This document shows positions 18,352-27,581 of a DNA stretch of 64,000 bases, piece after piece. Positions within the stretch are counted from its first letter, which is position 1; every line of letters starts with the position of its first letter. The stretch lies in contig JBGAST010000016.1 of the NCBI GenBank assembly GCA_044229575.1, positions 1,477 to 65,476 of the forward strand, written 5' to 3'. The position numbers were made by a program, and so were the translations under genes. The stretch comes from Holophagaceae bacterium (GTDB lineage: Bacteria > Acidobacteriota > Holophagae > Holophagales > Holophagaceae). The notes below the pieces were generated by a model. That model was not told the DNA's origin. It did not search any database and saw only the letters and a list, made by a program, of their open reading frames with translations.

Positions 18352-20730
18352 TCAGATCTCGTCAAGCCCCGCCATGAAGGCTTCCCGTTCCTCCCCGGGG
18401 GGTTCGACGCTGAGGGCGAGATCCGCGGCCCGCAGGGCCTCCGCCATGCCCAGGGCCAGCAAGGCCCGGAAGGCCAGAATGCGGATGGCGGCGGGTTCGC
18501 GGCTTTCGCCGAAGAAGCCCTTCTTCCGGACCAGCAGCGCCTCCAGGGCCGGGATCGCCATCGGCGAGCCCAGCTTGCCCAGGATCTCCACGGCCTTCTC
18601 CCGCACCCGCTCCTGGGCCGGCTTGAGGCGGCCCCGGGCCCGGCAGAGCTCCACCAGCGCGGGCACGGCATTCTTCGCCTTCATGTCCGCCAGGGCGAAG
18701 AGGACCTCCATCTGGGTGGCGGGATCCCGGTGGGTGAGCAGGGGAATGAGGGCCGCTTCCGCCTGGCGGCCGCCCCGGCGCCCCACCGCCAGCACGGCGG
18801 CGCGCACCACCCGAGGATCGGGATGCTGGAGGGTGGCCAGCAGCTCCGGCAGGCTTTCGGGACTCGCGATGTCCCCGAGGATGACGAGGGCGTTGCGCAC
18901 CACGAACCATTCGGAAGACTTCAGGGATTCCAGCAGCGGCGCCTCGGCGGTCTGGCCGCAGTCCTTCAGCGCTTCCAGGAGTCGGCCCCGGCGGCTCCGG
19001 TCCTTCTCCTCCCAAAGCCGCTCCACCAGGTGGCTGGAGGCCCGGGACCCGAGCATGCGCAGGTAGGGATGCACCCGCACCGCCGCGGCTTCCCGGTCCA
19101 GCTGGAAGAGCTGCACCAGCACTTGGTCGATGCGTTCGGGGCTGCCCAGCCGGTCCAGCAGTTCCCGGCTGGCCTTCTCTTTCCACGGGGCCGGCAGGCT
19201 CAGTTCCGTCACGATGTCCTGCAGCCCGGCAAAGAGGGATTCGGCCCGCTCCGGACTCCCCTCCTGAACCCAGAACCACAGCAGGTGTTCCACCCCCAGG
19301 GAGAACCAGTGGTGCACCTCCGGATCCTTCTCCCGGCCGTAGGCGCGGGCGAGGATGTCCATCACCTCCTTCATCACCGGGGCGGGCATGCCGGGGATGT
19401 CCACCCAGTCAGCGATGGCTTCGAAGGCCTTGGCCACCGCGGCCCGGCGGGCGACCGCGGGAAAGGCGAGGCCCATGGCGAAGCGGTTGAGGAGGCGGAG
19501 GAAATCCTTCGCTCGCCCGGCCTCCAGCAGTTCCCGCAGAAAGGCCAGCACCTTCGCCACGGGCATCTCGAAGAGGAGCTGGCCCTCCATCAGCTTGGCC
19601 AGCTTCTGCTCAAGGGAAAGCCCGTCCCAGGTGAGCACCTCGACCAGCTCTGAGAGCTGGGCATCGGACATGCCCTTGGTCCGCAGGACGTCCACCAGGT
19701 GGGCTGTCCACTGGGAGGGATTGGGGCTGAGGCGTTTGAGGGCCACGGCGGTTTCCCCCAGGTCCTCGTCGCTGAGGGCCCCGCGCTGGTAGAGGTCCAC
19801 CAGGCTGTCGACGCCCTGGTGCCCCGCCAGCCGGCCGAAGAGCTGCCGGAGCTGGCTGGAGCCGAGGCTGCCCACGCTGCGGAACAGCCCCATGCGCTGC
19901 TCGGTGCCGAGGGAGGAAAAGGCCTGGTTGACCACCCCCTGGGTCAGGGGCTGGGCGCCCTGGCGGTCCAGGCCGGCCTGCTGGAGAAAGTTGCCCAGCC
20001 CGCTCAGGTCGGCGGCCGCGCCCAGGCCTGGGCCGAGGGAGAGGAAGTAGTCCCGGAGGCGGGCGGCGAGTTCCGCCAGGCCCACCCGGCTTTCCCCCGC
20101 GCCGGAGCCCCCGGGGGGCGCGGGGGGGCCGTCCGGCTTCCCGGGACCCGCCGGAGCCGCGGAGGGCGGGCCCGCCCCGGTGGGCTCCAGGGCGGGAGGA
20201 AGGGCTTCGGGCCAGGCGGGGGCGAGGCTCCCCACGTGGGTCCGGGGCCGGCCCTCCGTTCCGTGGGCCAGGGTTTCCAGCAGGGCCGCCACCACCTCCC
20301 CACCCTCCGTGACTTCCTCGAGCCGGGTGGCGACGATCCGGAGATGGGTGACATGCCGGTCCTGGAGGATTTTCGGAGCGCCGCCGGCCTCGCGGACCTG
20401 GAAGGGTTTCAGGCTCAGCAGGGCCAGCAGGGCCTGCAGTTCCTCCCCGGTGGCGCCGGGATGGAGGAGGAGGGCATGCACCTGGCGGTCCTCGAGGAGG
20501 GCCGCCAGGGCCTTGACCTGGAGGTTCTGCACGTCCTCCTGGACCTTGTCCACGAAGATCCGCCCGTGGCGTGTGGCGATCTGGACCTGGGTTCGCTTCC
20601 CGAGGAAGTCGGCATAGCCCTCCTGCAGGCACTCCAGCGACTGGGCCCAGTGGGGATGGCTCGGACCGTACAGCTGGTAGGCCCGGAGGGACTTCATGAG
20701 GGATTGGATGAAATCGGGGAAGGACGGCAT
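18352..20730 (-). CDS. Large HEAT-repeat protein (792 aa) with an uncharacterised N-terminal region
   Basis: The C-terminal third has repeated HEAT/PBS-lyase-like units (WFVRNALVILGDI..PELLATLQHPDPRVVRAAVLAVG..LIPLLTHRDP..). The N-terminus has no motif I recognise. Confidence 0.8.
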   Translation of the reverse strand: MPSFPDFIQSLMKSLRAYQLYGPSHPHWAQSLECLQEGYADFLGKRTQVQIATRHGRIFVDKVQEDVQNLQVKALAALLEDRQVHALLLHPGATGEELQALLALLSLKPFQVREAGGAPKILQDRHVTHLRIVATRLEEVTEGGEVVAALLETLAHGTEGRPRTHVGSLAPAWPEALPPALEPTGAGPPSAAPAGPGKPDGPPAPPGGSGAGESRVGLAELAARLRDYFLSLGPGLGAAADLSGLGNFLQQAGLDRQGAQPLTQGVVNQAFSSLGTEQRMGLFRSVGSLGSSQLRQLFGRLAGHQGVDSLVDLYQRGALSDEDLGETAVALKRLSPNPSQWTAHLVDVLRTKGMSDAQLSELVEVLTWDGLSLEQKLAKLMEGQLLFEMPVAKVLAFLRELLEAGRAKDFLRLLNRFAMGLAFPAVARRAAVAKAFEAIADWVDIPGMPAPVMKEVMDILARAYGREKDPEVHHWFSLGVEHLLWFWVQEGSPERAESLFAGLQDIVTELSLPAPWKEKASRELLDRLGSPERIDQVLVQLFQLDREAAAVRVHPYLRMLGSRASSHLVERLWEEKDRSRRGRLLEALKDCGQTAEAPLLESLKSSEWFVVRNALVILGDIASPESLPELLATLQHPDPRVVRAAVLAVGRRGGRQAEAALIPLLTHRDPATQMEVLFALADMKAKNAVPALVELCRARGRLKPAQERVREKAVEILGKLGSPMAIPALEALLVRKKGFFGESREPAAIRILAFRALLALGMAEALRAADLALSVEPPGEEREAFMAGLDEI

Positions 20731-20865
20731 GGTGGTCCCCCCCAGAGCCTAGCGCAGCCCCGGGGCGCGGGCTTGAAAAAGGGGCCGTGCAAAGCGGTAC
20801 CAGGGGGGCGGCCGCTTCCCCACTTCGCGGTTCCTGGGGACCCGCATCCTTGCGATGCTTCCAGG

Positions 20866-21612
20866 ATGGTTCCGGTCCGCTTGGCCCTGCTCGCCCTCGC
20901 CGCCGCCGGCGCCCTGCGCGCCGACGGGCTGGGGGACCTCAAGGCGGCCCTCCAGCGCCTGCCGGGCAGTGCCGCGGTCAAGGGCACCGTCGAATTGCGG
21001 ATCAGCCGCCAGACCCTGGAGGACAAGAAGCCCGTCCTCACCCGCGGCCACGCGACGGCCCGGGTGGAGGACGGGCCCCGGGGGCTCCAGCTCGCCTTCG
21101 CCCGGGAGGACCTGCAGCACGCCACCGCCGAGGGCCGCGCCCAGTTCGCGAATCCGGAACGGCCCGCCCCCCACCGCGTGGGCCTGCGGGAGGCCGATGC
21201 CCTGGACGTTGCGGAGCTCCTGAACCACGGGGAGGCGCTGGCCCGCTACCTGGACAAGGCCTCCCTGGTGGAGGAGCGCCGGGAGGCCTGGAACGGCAGA
21301 CCCGCCCGGGTCATCGTGCTCAAGGTGGATCCGCCCCTGCCCCGGAGCCAGCGCCGCTACCTGAAGAAGGTCGAGGTGGACGCGCGGATCTGGATCGGCG
21401 AGGACGGGGCGCCCCTGGCGCTGAGCTACAAGGCCACCTACAGCGGCAGCCGCTTTTTCATCACCTTCAAGGGCAGCATCCAGGAGGAGCGGCGCTTCGC
21501 GGTGCTGGGGGACCGGCTCGTGGTCCTCGCGCGCAGCGTGGAGGAGGCCGCCTCGGGCTTCGGATTCTCCTACACCAACCAGCGCAACGCGACCTTCACC
21601 CCGGAGCGGTGA
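20866..21612 (+). CDS. Secreted hypothetical protein, paralogue of 16193..16861
   Basis: The signal peptide is MVPVRLALLALAAAGALRA. It shares sequence blocks with 16193..16861. Confidence 0.65.
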   Translation: MVPVRLALLALAAAGALRADGLGDLKAALQRLPGSAAVKGTVELRISRQTLEDKKPVLTRGHATARVEDGPRGLQLAFAREDLQHATAEGRAQFANPERPAPHRVGLREADALDVAELLNHGEALARYLDKASLVEERREAWNGRPARVIVLKVDPPLPRSQRRYLKKVEVDARIWIGEDGAPLALSYKATYSGSRFFITFKGSIQEERRFAVLGDRLVVLARSVEEAASGFGFSYTNQRNATFTPER

Positions 21613-21633
21613 GGCGCCGGGAGGCCGGGTTCT

Positions 21634-22317
21634 TCAGCGGCCCACCACCTCCGCGGCGGCGGGACCTTCCTCCTCCGAAGCCGGCGGTTCCACGGGCTCG
21701 GCTTCGCCGTCGGCCCAGCGCTTGAGGGTGGTGAGGAGGGAGGTGCCGTTCTCCGGCGGCGCCGGCCGGCCCGGCAGGTTCACGGCCTCCAGGTGCAGTT
21801 CCACGCTCTCCACGTCGCCCCGGTCGAAGCGGGCGCTGAGGTCGCAGAGCACCAGCTCCTTGGGCGCGATCTCCACCAGGTAGGCGAAGGCCTTCACCCC
21901 CGGGGGCACGGCCACCTTCCACACGGGGCAGGCCCGGCCCTGGAAGCGGAGGGCGTAGGATTCAGGGAAGGTCTGCGGCGAGGGTCCCGAGAAGAAGAGG
22001 AGGCGCTCCGCCCGCGCCAGGAGCGGCGCCTGGGCGTAGGGCGTGCCCCGTTCCCGCTCGGCCTCCAGGCGCCAGCCCCCCAGGCGCCGCTTCTTCACCT
22101 TGTTCACTGACGTGGTGGGCGGCGTGGGCAGCAGCAGGAAGCTCGCCTCCTGCATGGGCTCGCCTTTGAGCTTGAGGAGGATGCGGTAGCGCAGCCCCGT
22201 GCGAGCCAGGGGACGGGCCGTGGCGCCGCCCTCCGTCCACCCGGGAGGCCCGCCCAGCAGGGCGAGCAGCGCGGCGGTTCGGATCAAGGACAGGGGCATG
22301 AGGCCCCAGGATGCCAT
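21634..22317 (-). CDS. Secreted hypothetical protein
   Basis: An N-terminal signal-like segment (LIRTAALLALLGG) is present and the composition is non-shadow. The alternative start is MPLSL at 22299. Confidence 0.55.
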   Translation of the reverse strand: MASWGLMPLSLIRTAALLALLGGPPGWTEGGATARPLARTGLRYRILLKLKGEPMQEASFLLLPTPPTTSVNKVKKRRLGGWRLEAERERGTPYAQAPLLARAERLLFFSGPSPQTFPESYALRFQGRACPVWKVAVPPGVKAFAYLVEIAPKELVLCDLSARFDRGDVESVELHLEAVNLPGRPAPPENGTSLLTTLKRWADGEAEPVEPPASEEEGPAAAEVVGR

Positions 22318-22331
22318 GTCAGGATGCGGGG

Positions 22332-22976
22332 ATGCCCCTCTGCTTCGACCTTGACGGCACCCTCGGTACCTTCGGCTGCGGCTATCTGCTGCTCCGGGAG
22401 GCCCTGGGGGAGCTCTGGGGCGCGGCGCCGACCCGGGACGAGTTGCGGGCCTGCGCGGGGAGCACAGACTGGGAGATCGTGGACGAGCTGCACCGGCAGC
22501 GCTTCGGCGCGGCGCTCTCCCCCGAGGCCTACGGGGCCTTCGAGGCCGCCTGCCTCGCTCGCTTCGAGGCGGCCTTCCACCCCCAGGTGCAGGACCCCGT
22601 GGGCTTCCAGGGCATCCTCGAAGGCCTGCACCGCCTCCTGGATCGGGGCCACCGGATCTGGCTGGTGAGCGGCAACACGCCCCGCACCCTGGATTTCAAG
22701 GCCGCGCGGCTGGGCATCGATGACCGCATTCCCCGCCTGGGCAGCGTGCCGGGCCTGAACCGCGCCGGCCTCATCGCCCGCGCCCTGGAAGGCTGCCCCG
22801 GACCGCACCTCTACGTCGGCGACCGGCCCCATGACCGGGAGGCCGCGCGGGAGGCGGGAGTGCCCTTCCTCGCCATCGGCGGCGGCGTGGAGGGGGAGCA
22901 CCCGAGGCTCGGGGTAGACGCGGAGGCGCGGCATCTCGTGGAAGCCGTCGAACGGTTGGTGGGTGCCCGCGAGTAG
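22332..22976 (+). CDS. HAD-superfamily hydrolase (phosphoglycolate-phosphatase-like)
   Basis: HAD motifs are present: I FDLDGTL, II LVSGNT, IV YVGDRPHD. I chose the start at ATG 22332. Confidence 0.8.
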   Translation: MPLCFDLDGTLGTFGCGYLLLREALGELWGAAPTRDELRACAGSTDWEIVDELHRQRFGAALSPEAYGAFEAACLARFEAAFHPQVQDPVGFQGILEGLHRLLDRGHRIWLVSGNTPRTLDFKAARLGIDDRIPRLGSVPGLNRAGLIARALEGCPGPHLYVGDRPHDREAAREAGVPFLAIGGGVEGEHPRLGVDAEARHLVEAVERLVGARE

Positions 22977-22987
22977 GACCGGGGCCC

Positions 22988-23674
22988 TCAGGGGCCCTCC
23001 ACGGCCGGATGGGCGAGGCGCCGCGCCGCTTCGGGACTGCCACCCTCCGCGGCCCGCTTCAGCCACTCCCGGGAGGCCGCCTCATCCCGCACGCCACCCT
23101 CCCCGGTCCGAAGCATCTCCGCGAGCAGCAGCATGGCGGGCAGGTGTCCGGAGGCGGCGGCCTTCGCGAACCACACCCGCGCCGCCAGGCCGTCCAGGGC
23201 CAATCCCCAGGCGCCCCGGCGATAGGCCTGGGCCAGCTCGAAGGCGGACTTCGCATCGCCTGCCTCGGCGCGGGTCATGAGGCGCTCCACGCGGGAGCCC
23301 CGGCGCCGCGAGCGGCTTTCCCGCCACAGCCAGAACAGCATCGAGGCCGCGGCGAGACCCAGGGCCACCGGCAGCGCGAGCACCAGCGAGGGGTCCGTGC
23401 CCGCGGGCCCCAAGGTGGTGGCGACGGTCCAGACACACCACGCCGGGAGGATCACGAAGACCAGCAGCAGCAGGGCCAGGGCGAGGACCACGAGGCACCA
23501 CACCGTGGCCTGGAACCAGCGCTCCCGCGACCGCTCCACCAGCCAGTCGGGCACTTCCGCATCCGGAGCGGTGAACAGGGCGATGTCCAGGGCGAGGCTC
23601 AGCGCCCTGCCTAGGATCCCGGAAGCCAGCTCGAAGCCCATGGAACCAGTGTCGCCGGGATCCGCGGTCCTCAC
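22988..23674 (-). CDS. Membrane-anchored Sel1-like (SLR/TPR) repeat protein
   Basis: TM helices are followed by Sel1-type repeats (..AKSAFELAQAYRRG..AARVWFAKAAASGHLPAMLLLAEML..EWLKRAAEGG..). Confidence 0.75.
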   Translation of the reverse strand: MRTADPGDTGSMGFELASGILGRALSLALDIALFTAPDAEVPDWLVERSRERWFQATVWCLVVLALALLLLVFVILPAWCVWTVATTLGPAGTDPSLVLALPVALGLAAASMLFWLWRESRSRRRGSRVERLMTRAEAGDAKSAFELAQAYRRGAWGLALDGLAARVWFAKAAASGHLPAMLLLAEMLRTGEGGVRDEAASREWLKRAAEGGSPEAARRLAHPAVEGP

Positions 23675-24861
23675 TCCTCCTGGGTGGAATCCAGCTCGGC
23701 CATTCGGGCCCGGGCCCCCGCGTGGCCAGCCTCCGCCGCCCGCAGCAGCCAGGCGTCGGCGCCCTTGGGATCCTTGAAGCCGCCGAGATCCCAGCGGAGC
23801 AAGGCGGAAAGCTCCACCATGGCCTCCAGGTGCCCCTTCTGGGCCGCGAGGCCCAACCAGCGGCGGGCTTCCGCGGGATCCTTCGGCACCCCATCGCGGC
23901 CCTGGAGGCAGGCCATGCCCATGTGGTAGGCCGCCTCCGGATCCCCGGCCCGGGCGCGATCAAGGTGGCGGCGGACCGCGAGGCCCGGGCGGTGATCCCG
24001 GCGCATCCGCCACGCCAGGGGCAGCAGCATCGCCAGGGCCACCAGCAAGGGCACCATGAAGATCCCGCCGAAGAGGAAGGGCAGCAGGAGGAGGGTGGCC
24101 ACCGTCCCGGCAACCAGGAGGATCGCCGTCCAGCCGATGAGGGGAAGCAGGGGCCGGACCCCGGGCCCCTCGAACCAGGCGGCGGCGAAATCGCTCGCCT
24201 GGCCCATGGTCCGCACCAGGACGTCGGGCTCCGCCTCCCCCGCCCGGCCCCGGGCGGCGCTGCGCCGGGGCAGGGGATCCGCGCCGGTGGCCCCCAGGCG
24301 GGCCTCCCACCGCGCCGCCTCTTCCCGGGCCTCAGGGTCCTCCTTCGTCCGCAGGGCGGCGGCCAGGGCCGCCATGCAGGCCCCGGAACCGGCGGTGGCT
24401 CCGCGCCGGAGCCAGGTGAGGGCGCCGTCCGGGTCCGGGGTCCCGTGGACACCCCAGTGGAGGCCCTCCGCCACCCAGTACATGGCTTCGGGCAGGCCCG
24501 CCTCCGCCGCCCGCCGGAACCGGGCCGCGGCGGCCTCCTTGCCCCCGGCGCCCCAGCCGCCCTCCCAATAGAGCAGGCCCTCCTCGAGGAGGCCTTCGGG
24601 ATCGCCCGTGCGGGCGGCTTCGGTGATGAAGGCGCGGGCGAGGGAGCCGCGGTGGGCGCGCCGGGCCCAGGCGATCCAGGCCAGGGCCGGGCGGGAGAGA
24701 AAATGCGCCTGGACCCGCCGCAGGGAGAGTTCGAGGAAGCCGAGCAGGGCGGCCCGGGAGCCTTCGCTCCAGGCCAGGGCGAGGAGCAGCCCGGGCAGCA
24801 CGAGGACAAGGAGGCCGAGGAGAACGCTGTTCAGGTACGACATGCGGCACCATGGTGGCAT
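23671..24861 (-). CDS. Membrane-embedded Sel1-like repeat protein. Two SLR blocks are separated by TM helices.
   Basis: Sel1 repeats lie on both sides of a central TM pair. There is a 4-nt overlap with the downstream Sel1 gene. The alternative start is 24843. Confidence 0.75.
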   Translation of the reverse strand: MPPWCRMSYLNSVLLGLLVLVLPGLLLALAWSEGSRAALLGFLELSLRRVQAHFLSRPALAWIAWARRAHRGSLARAFITEAARTGDPEGLLEEGLLYWEGGWGAGGKEAAAARFRRAAEAGLPEAMYWVAEGLHWGVHGTPDPDGALTWLRRGATAGSGACMAALAAALRTKEDPEAREEAARWEARLGATGADPLPRRSAARGRAGEAEPDVLVRTMGQASDFAAAWFEGPGVRPLLPLIGWTAILLVAGTVATLLLLPFLFGGIFMVPLLVALAMLLPLAWRMRRDHRPGLAVRRHLDRARAGDPEAAYHMGMACLQGRDGVPKDPAEARRWLGLAAQKGHLEAMVELSALLRWDLGGFKDPKGADAWLLRAAEAGHAGARARMAELDSTQEE

Positions 24862-25711
24862 GTCCGCTCACCTGCTTTCCGCCGCCGAACTCCGCGAGGG
24901 CCTCGACGCCTTCCTCCTCCTGGACGCGCGGCCCCGGCCCGAGTACGACCTGGGGCACCTCCCCGGCGCCCGGCATGCTGACTTGGAGAGGGATCTCAGC
25001 ACGGCCGCCCGGGCGGGCCACGACCCGGCCCGGGGCGGCCGGCATCCCCTTCCCCCCCTCCGGACCTTCTGCGCCACCGTCGGCGCGTGGGGCATCGGGC
25101 CGGGCAGCCGGGTGGTGGTCTACGACGGCGCCGGCGGGGCCAATGCCGCGGCCCGGGCCTGGTGGATGCTGAAGTCCCTCGGTCTGGAACACGTGCAGGT
25201 GTTGGACGGCGGACTGCAGGCCGCCTTGGAGGCGGGCCTCGAACTGACCACCGAGCCGCCTCTCTTCGCCGATGCGGAGCCCTTCCCAGCGGCCCGCTGG
25301 CATTCCCCCGTGGCGGAGCTGGACATCGTGGAGCAGCTCGCGCGGCACCCGGACTGGAAGGTGCTGGACGTGCGCTCCGGCGAGCGCTTCCGCGGCGAGT
25401 CGGAGCCCTTTGATCCTTCCGCGGGCCACATCCCCGGCGCCCTCAACCAGCCCTACACCGACAACCTCGGCCCCGACGGACGCTTCAAGTCCCCGGACGA
25501 ACTCCGCGGCCTCTACGGAGAGCTCCTGGGGGGGCTCCGGCCCGACCACCTGGTGGTGCACTGCGGCAGCGGCGTCACGGCCTGCCACACCCTGCTGGCC
25601 CTGGCCCAGGCCGGCTTCCAGGGCGCGGACGGCAGCGCCCCGGCACTCTACGTGGGCAGCTGGAGCGAGTGGTGCCGCAGCGGCAAGGCGCAGGCGACGG
25701 GCGGATCCTGA
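24860..25711 (+). CDS. sseA: Rhodanese-domain sulfurtransferase (3-mercaptopyruvate/thiosulfate type)
   Basis: Two rhodanese domains are present, with active-site loop HCGSGVTACH. Candidate starts are 24860 or 24842, and both overlap the 5' end of the divergent Sel1 gene. Confidence 0.88.
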   Translation: MSAHLLSAAELREGLDAFLLLDARPRPEYDLGHLPGARHADLERDLSTAARAGHDPARGGRHPLPPLRTFCATVGAWGIGPGSRVVVYDGAGGANAAARAWWMLKSLGLEHVQVLDGGLQAALEAGLELTTEPPLFADAEPFPAARWHSPVAELDIVEQLARHPDWKVLDVRSGERFRGESEPFDPSAGHIPGALNQPYTDNLGPDGRFKSPDELRGLYGELLGGLRPDHLVVHCGSGVTACHTLLALAQAGFQGADGSAPALYVGSWSEWCRSGKAQATGGS

Positions 25712-25750
25712 AGCCTCGGGAGGGCTTCCGCCGCGCGGCCTCGGGCCCCT

Positions 25751-26965
25751 GTGCGAAGCTTGTGGATGGGACCTGCCGCACTCCTGCGCCGCGCCGCCTC
25801 GCCCTGGCGGGGGCTGGAAGGGCTGCCGCGGGCGGTCTGGATCCTGTCGGCGGCGACCCTGCTCAATCGCGCGGGCACCATGGCCCTGCCCTTCCTGGTG
25901 CTCTACCTGCACAAGGGCCTCGGGCTGCCCGCCGCCCGGGCGGGCCAGGCCTTCATCGCCTACGGCCTCGCAGCCATGGTGGCCTCGCCCCTGGGCGGCT
26001 GGCTGGCGGACCGGGTGGGCTACCTGCGGGTGATGGTGATCTCCCTGCTGGCCTCCGGAGCCCTGCTCTGCCTGCTGCCCTTCCTGTCCGCCTGGATCGC
26101 GATCCTGGGCCTCACCCTGGCCTGGTCCCTGGCGGCGGAGGCCTTCCGTCCCGCCAGCATGGCCATCCTCACGGACCTGGCGCCGGTGGAGCAGCGGAAG
26201 GCGGTCTTCGCCCTCAACCGGCTGGCCATCAACCTGGGGATGAGCGTTGGGCCCGCCATCGGCGGCTTCCTGGCGGTGCATTCGTTCAAGGCCCTCTTCT
26301 GGCTCGACGGGATCACCAGCGTCCTGTCGGGCCTGGTGATCCTGGTCTTCGTCCGGGTCCGCGAATCGCGCCATGTCCATGGCCCAGAGACGGGCTTGGA
26401 AGCCCGGCCCTCCGCGTGGCGGGACCGCCGCTTCCTCTTCTTCCTCTTCGCCGCCCTGCCGGTGCTGGTGGTCTTCTTCCAGCACGAAGGGCCGCTGCCG
26501 GTGTACCTGGTGCGGGACCTGCACTATCCCGAATCCTTCTACGGCCTGCTCTTCACGGTGAACACCCTTCTGATCGTGGCCATCGAGGTGCGCCTCAACC
26601 TCGCCACGGCCCACTGGCCCCACCGCCGCACCTTCGCCCTGGGCTCCGTGCTCTATGCCCTGGGCTTCGGCGCCCTCGCCCTCACCCACAGCCGCGCCGG
26701 CGTGCTGGCCACGGTGGTGGTGTGGACCTTCGGCGAGATGGTGCTGCTCCCGGCCTTCAGCGACTACGTCGCCCACGTCGCCCCGCCGGCCCGGCGCGGG
26801 GAATACATGGGCGTCTGGGGCCTCGGCATCGGGCTGGCTTTCGCCTTCGGCCCCTGGCTGGGCACCTGGATGCTGGACCGCTTCGGGACCGTCCTCCTGT
26901 GGTCGGCCATGGGGGGCCTGGGCGCCCTCTCCGCCCTGCTCCTCGGCCGGATCAAGGCTTCATAA
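25751..26965 (+). CDS. MFS transporter
   Basis: About 12 hydrophobic helices are present, plus the MFS motif-A-like sequence GGWLADRVGYLRV. Confidence 0.85.
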   Translation: MRSLWMGPAALLRRAASPWRGLEGLPRAVWILSAATLLNRAGTMALPFLVLYLHKGLGLPAARAGQAFIAYGLAAMVASPLGGWLADRVGYLRVMVISLLASGALLCLLPFLSAWIAILGLTLAWSLAAEAFRPASMAILTDLAPVEQRKAVFALNRLAINLGMSVGPAIGGFLAVHSFKALFWLDGITSVLSGLVILVFVRVRESRHVHGPETGLEARPSAWRDRRFLFFLFAALPVLVVFFQHEGPLPVYLVRDLHYPESFYGLLFTVNTLLIVAIEVRLNLATAHWPHRRTFALGSVLYALGFGALALTHSRAGVLATVVVWTFGEMVLLPAFSDYVAHVAPPARRGEYMGVWGLGIGLAFAFGPWLGTWMLDRFGTVLLWSAMGGLGALSALLLGRIKAS

Positions 26966-27353
26966 GCTCCCGCCTGTCCACCAGGAGCCAGGCCTTCCCC
27001 TTCCACCGGGCTTCCCGGGGCTCGAACTGGATCTCCGAAGGCTTGAGCTCCTTCGGCTTCCGCTTTGGATCCGAGGTGAAAAGGAAGACCTGCTCGATCT
27101 CGCGGAAGGCCTCCTGGCCTTCCGGGAGCATGACGTAGCGGGCGAGGTACTGGCCGTCGAAGGCGTAGACCTCGTACATGTAGTGGCGGCAGTCCACGTC
27201 CGCCACGGCATGGGAAGCGCCGCGGAGCCATTCCGGGCTGCCCGGCGCAGAGCGGAAGGGGGGGGTGGCGCCGACATGGCGGGACCCGTCCGGTTCGGGC
27301 TCCACGGGCTGGACCGTGGAGATGAGCGCGGGGAGCAGGAGCAGGGGAAGCAT
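26952..27353 (-). CDS. Small secreted hypothetical protein (133 aa)
   Basis: This is the protein-like tail of track ORF 26952..28940, starting at MLPLLLLPALISTV (signal peptide). The remainder of that ORF is antisense shadow of rocD. Confidence 0.5.
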   Translation of the reverse strand: MLPLLLLPALISTVQPVEPEPDGSRHVGATPPFRSAPGSPEWLRGASHAVADVDCRHYMYEVYAFDGQYLARYVMLPEGQEAFREIEQVFLFTSDPKRKPKELKPSEIQFEPREARWKGKAWLLVDRRELMKP

Positions 27354-27395
27354 GCGGATCCTCTCGAGGAGTTCCAGGGTCCCCGGTCCGAGGCG

Positions 27396-27436
27396 CTGAA
27401 ATCTGTAAATTCTTGTGAATTTATCGACAAGACATG
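27396..27436. promoter_or_regulatory. AT-rich divergent promoter region with an inverted repeat upstream of rocD
   Basis: The sequence is CTGAAATCTGTAAATTCTTGTGAATTTATCGACAAGAC. The inverted repeat CTTGT-N10-ACAAG lies at 27412-27431. Confidence 0.4.
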
Positions 27437-27581
27437 CCGGGTACCAAGCCTTGCGAGGCTTTCCAGGGGACTCGGCTCCCACCGGGTGGTGTCCCAACCG
27501 GCGCGTTGTGAAGGGGGTCACGGGAGCCCACCGGGGGTCCAGGTTGCGGCGTAGGATCCCTGGGTTGGGCCCCGGGGCGGA

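Noticed and set aside
26960-27430. 156-aa minus ORF overlapping the small secreted protein gene in another frame
   Set aside because: It has a Ser/Pro/Arg-rich shadow composition. The alternative frame (26952..27353) has a signal peptide and balanced composition.
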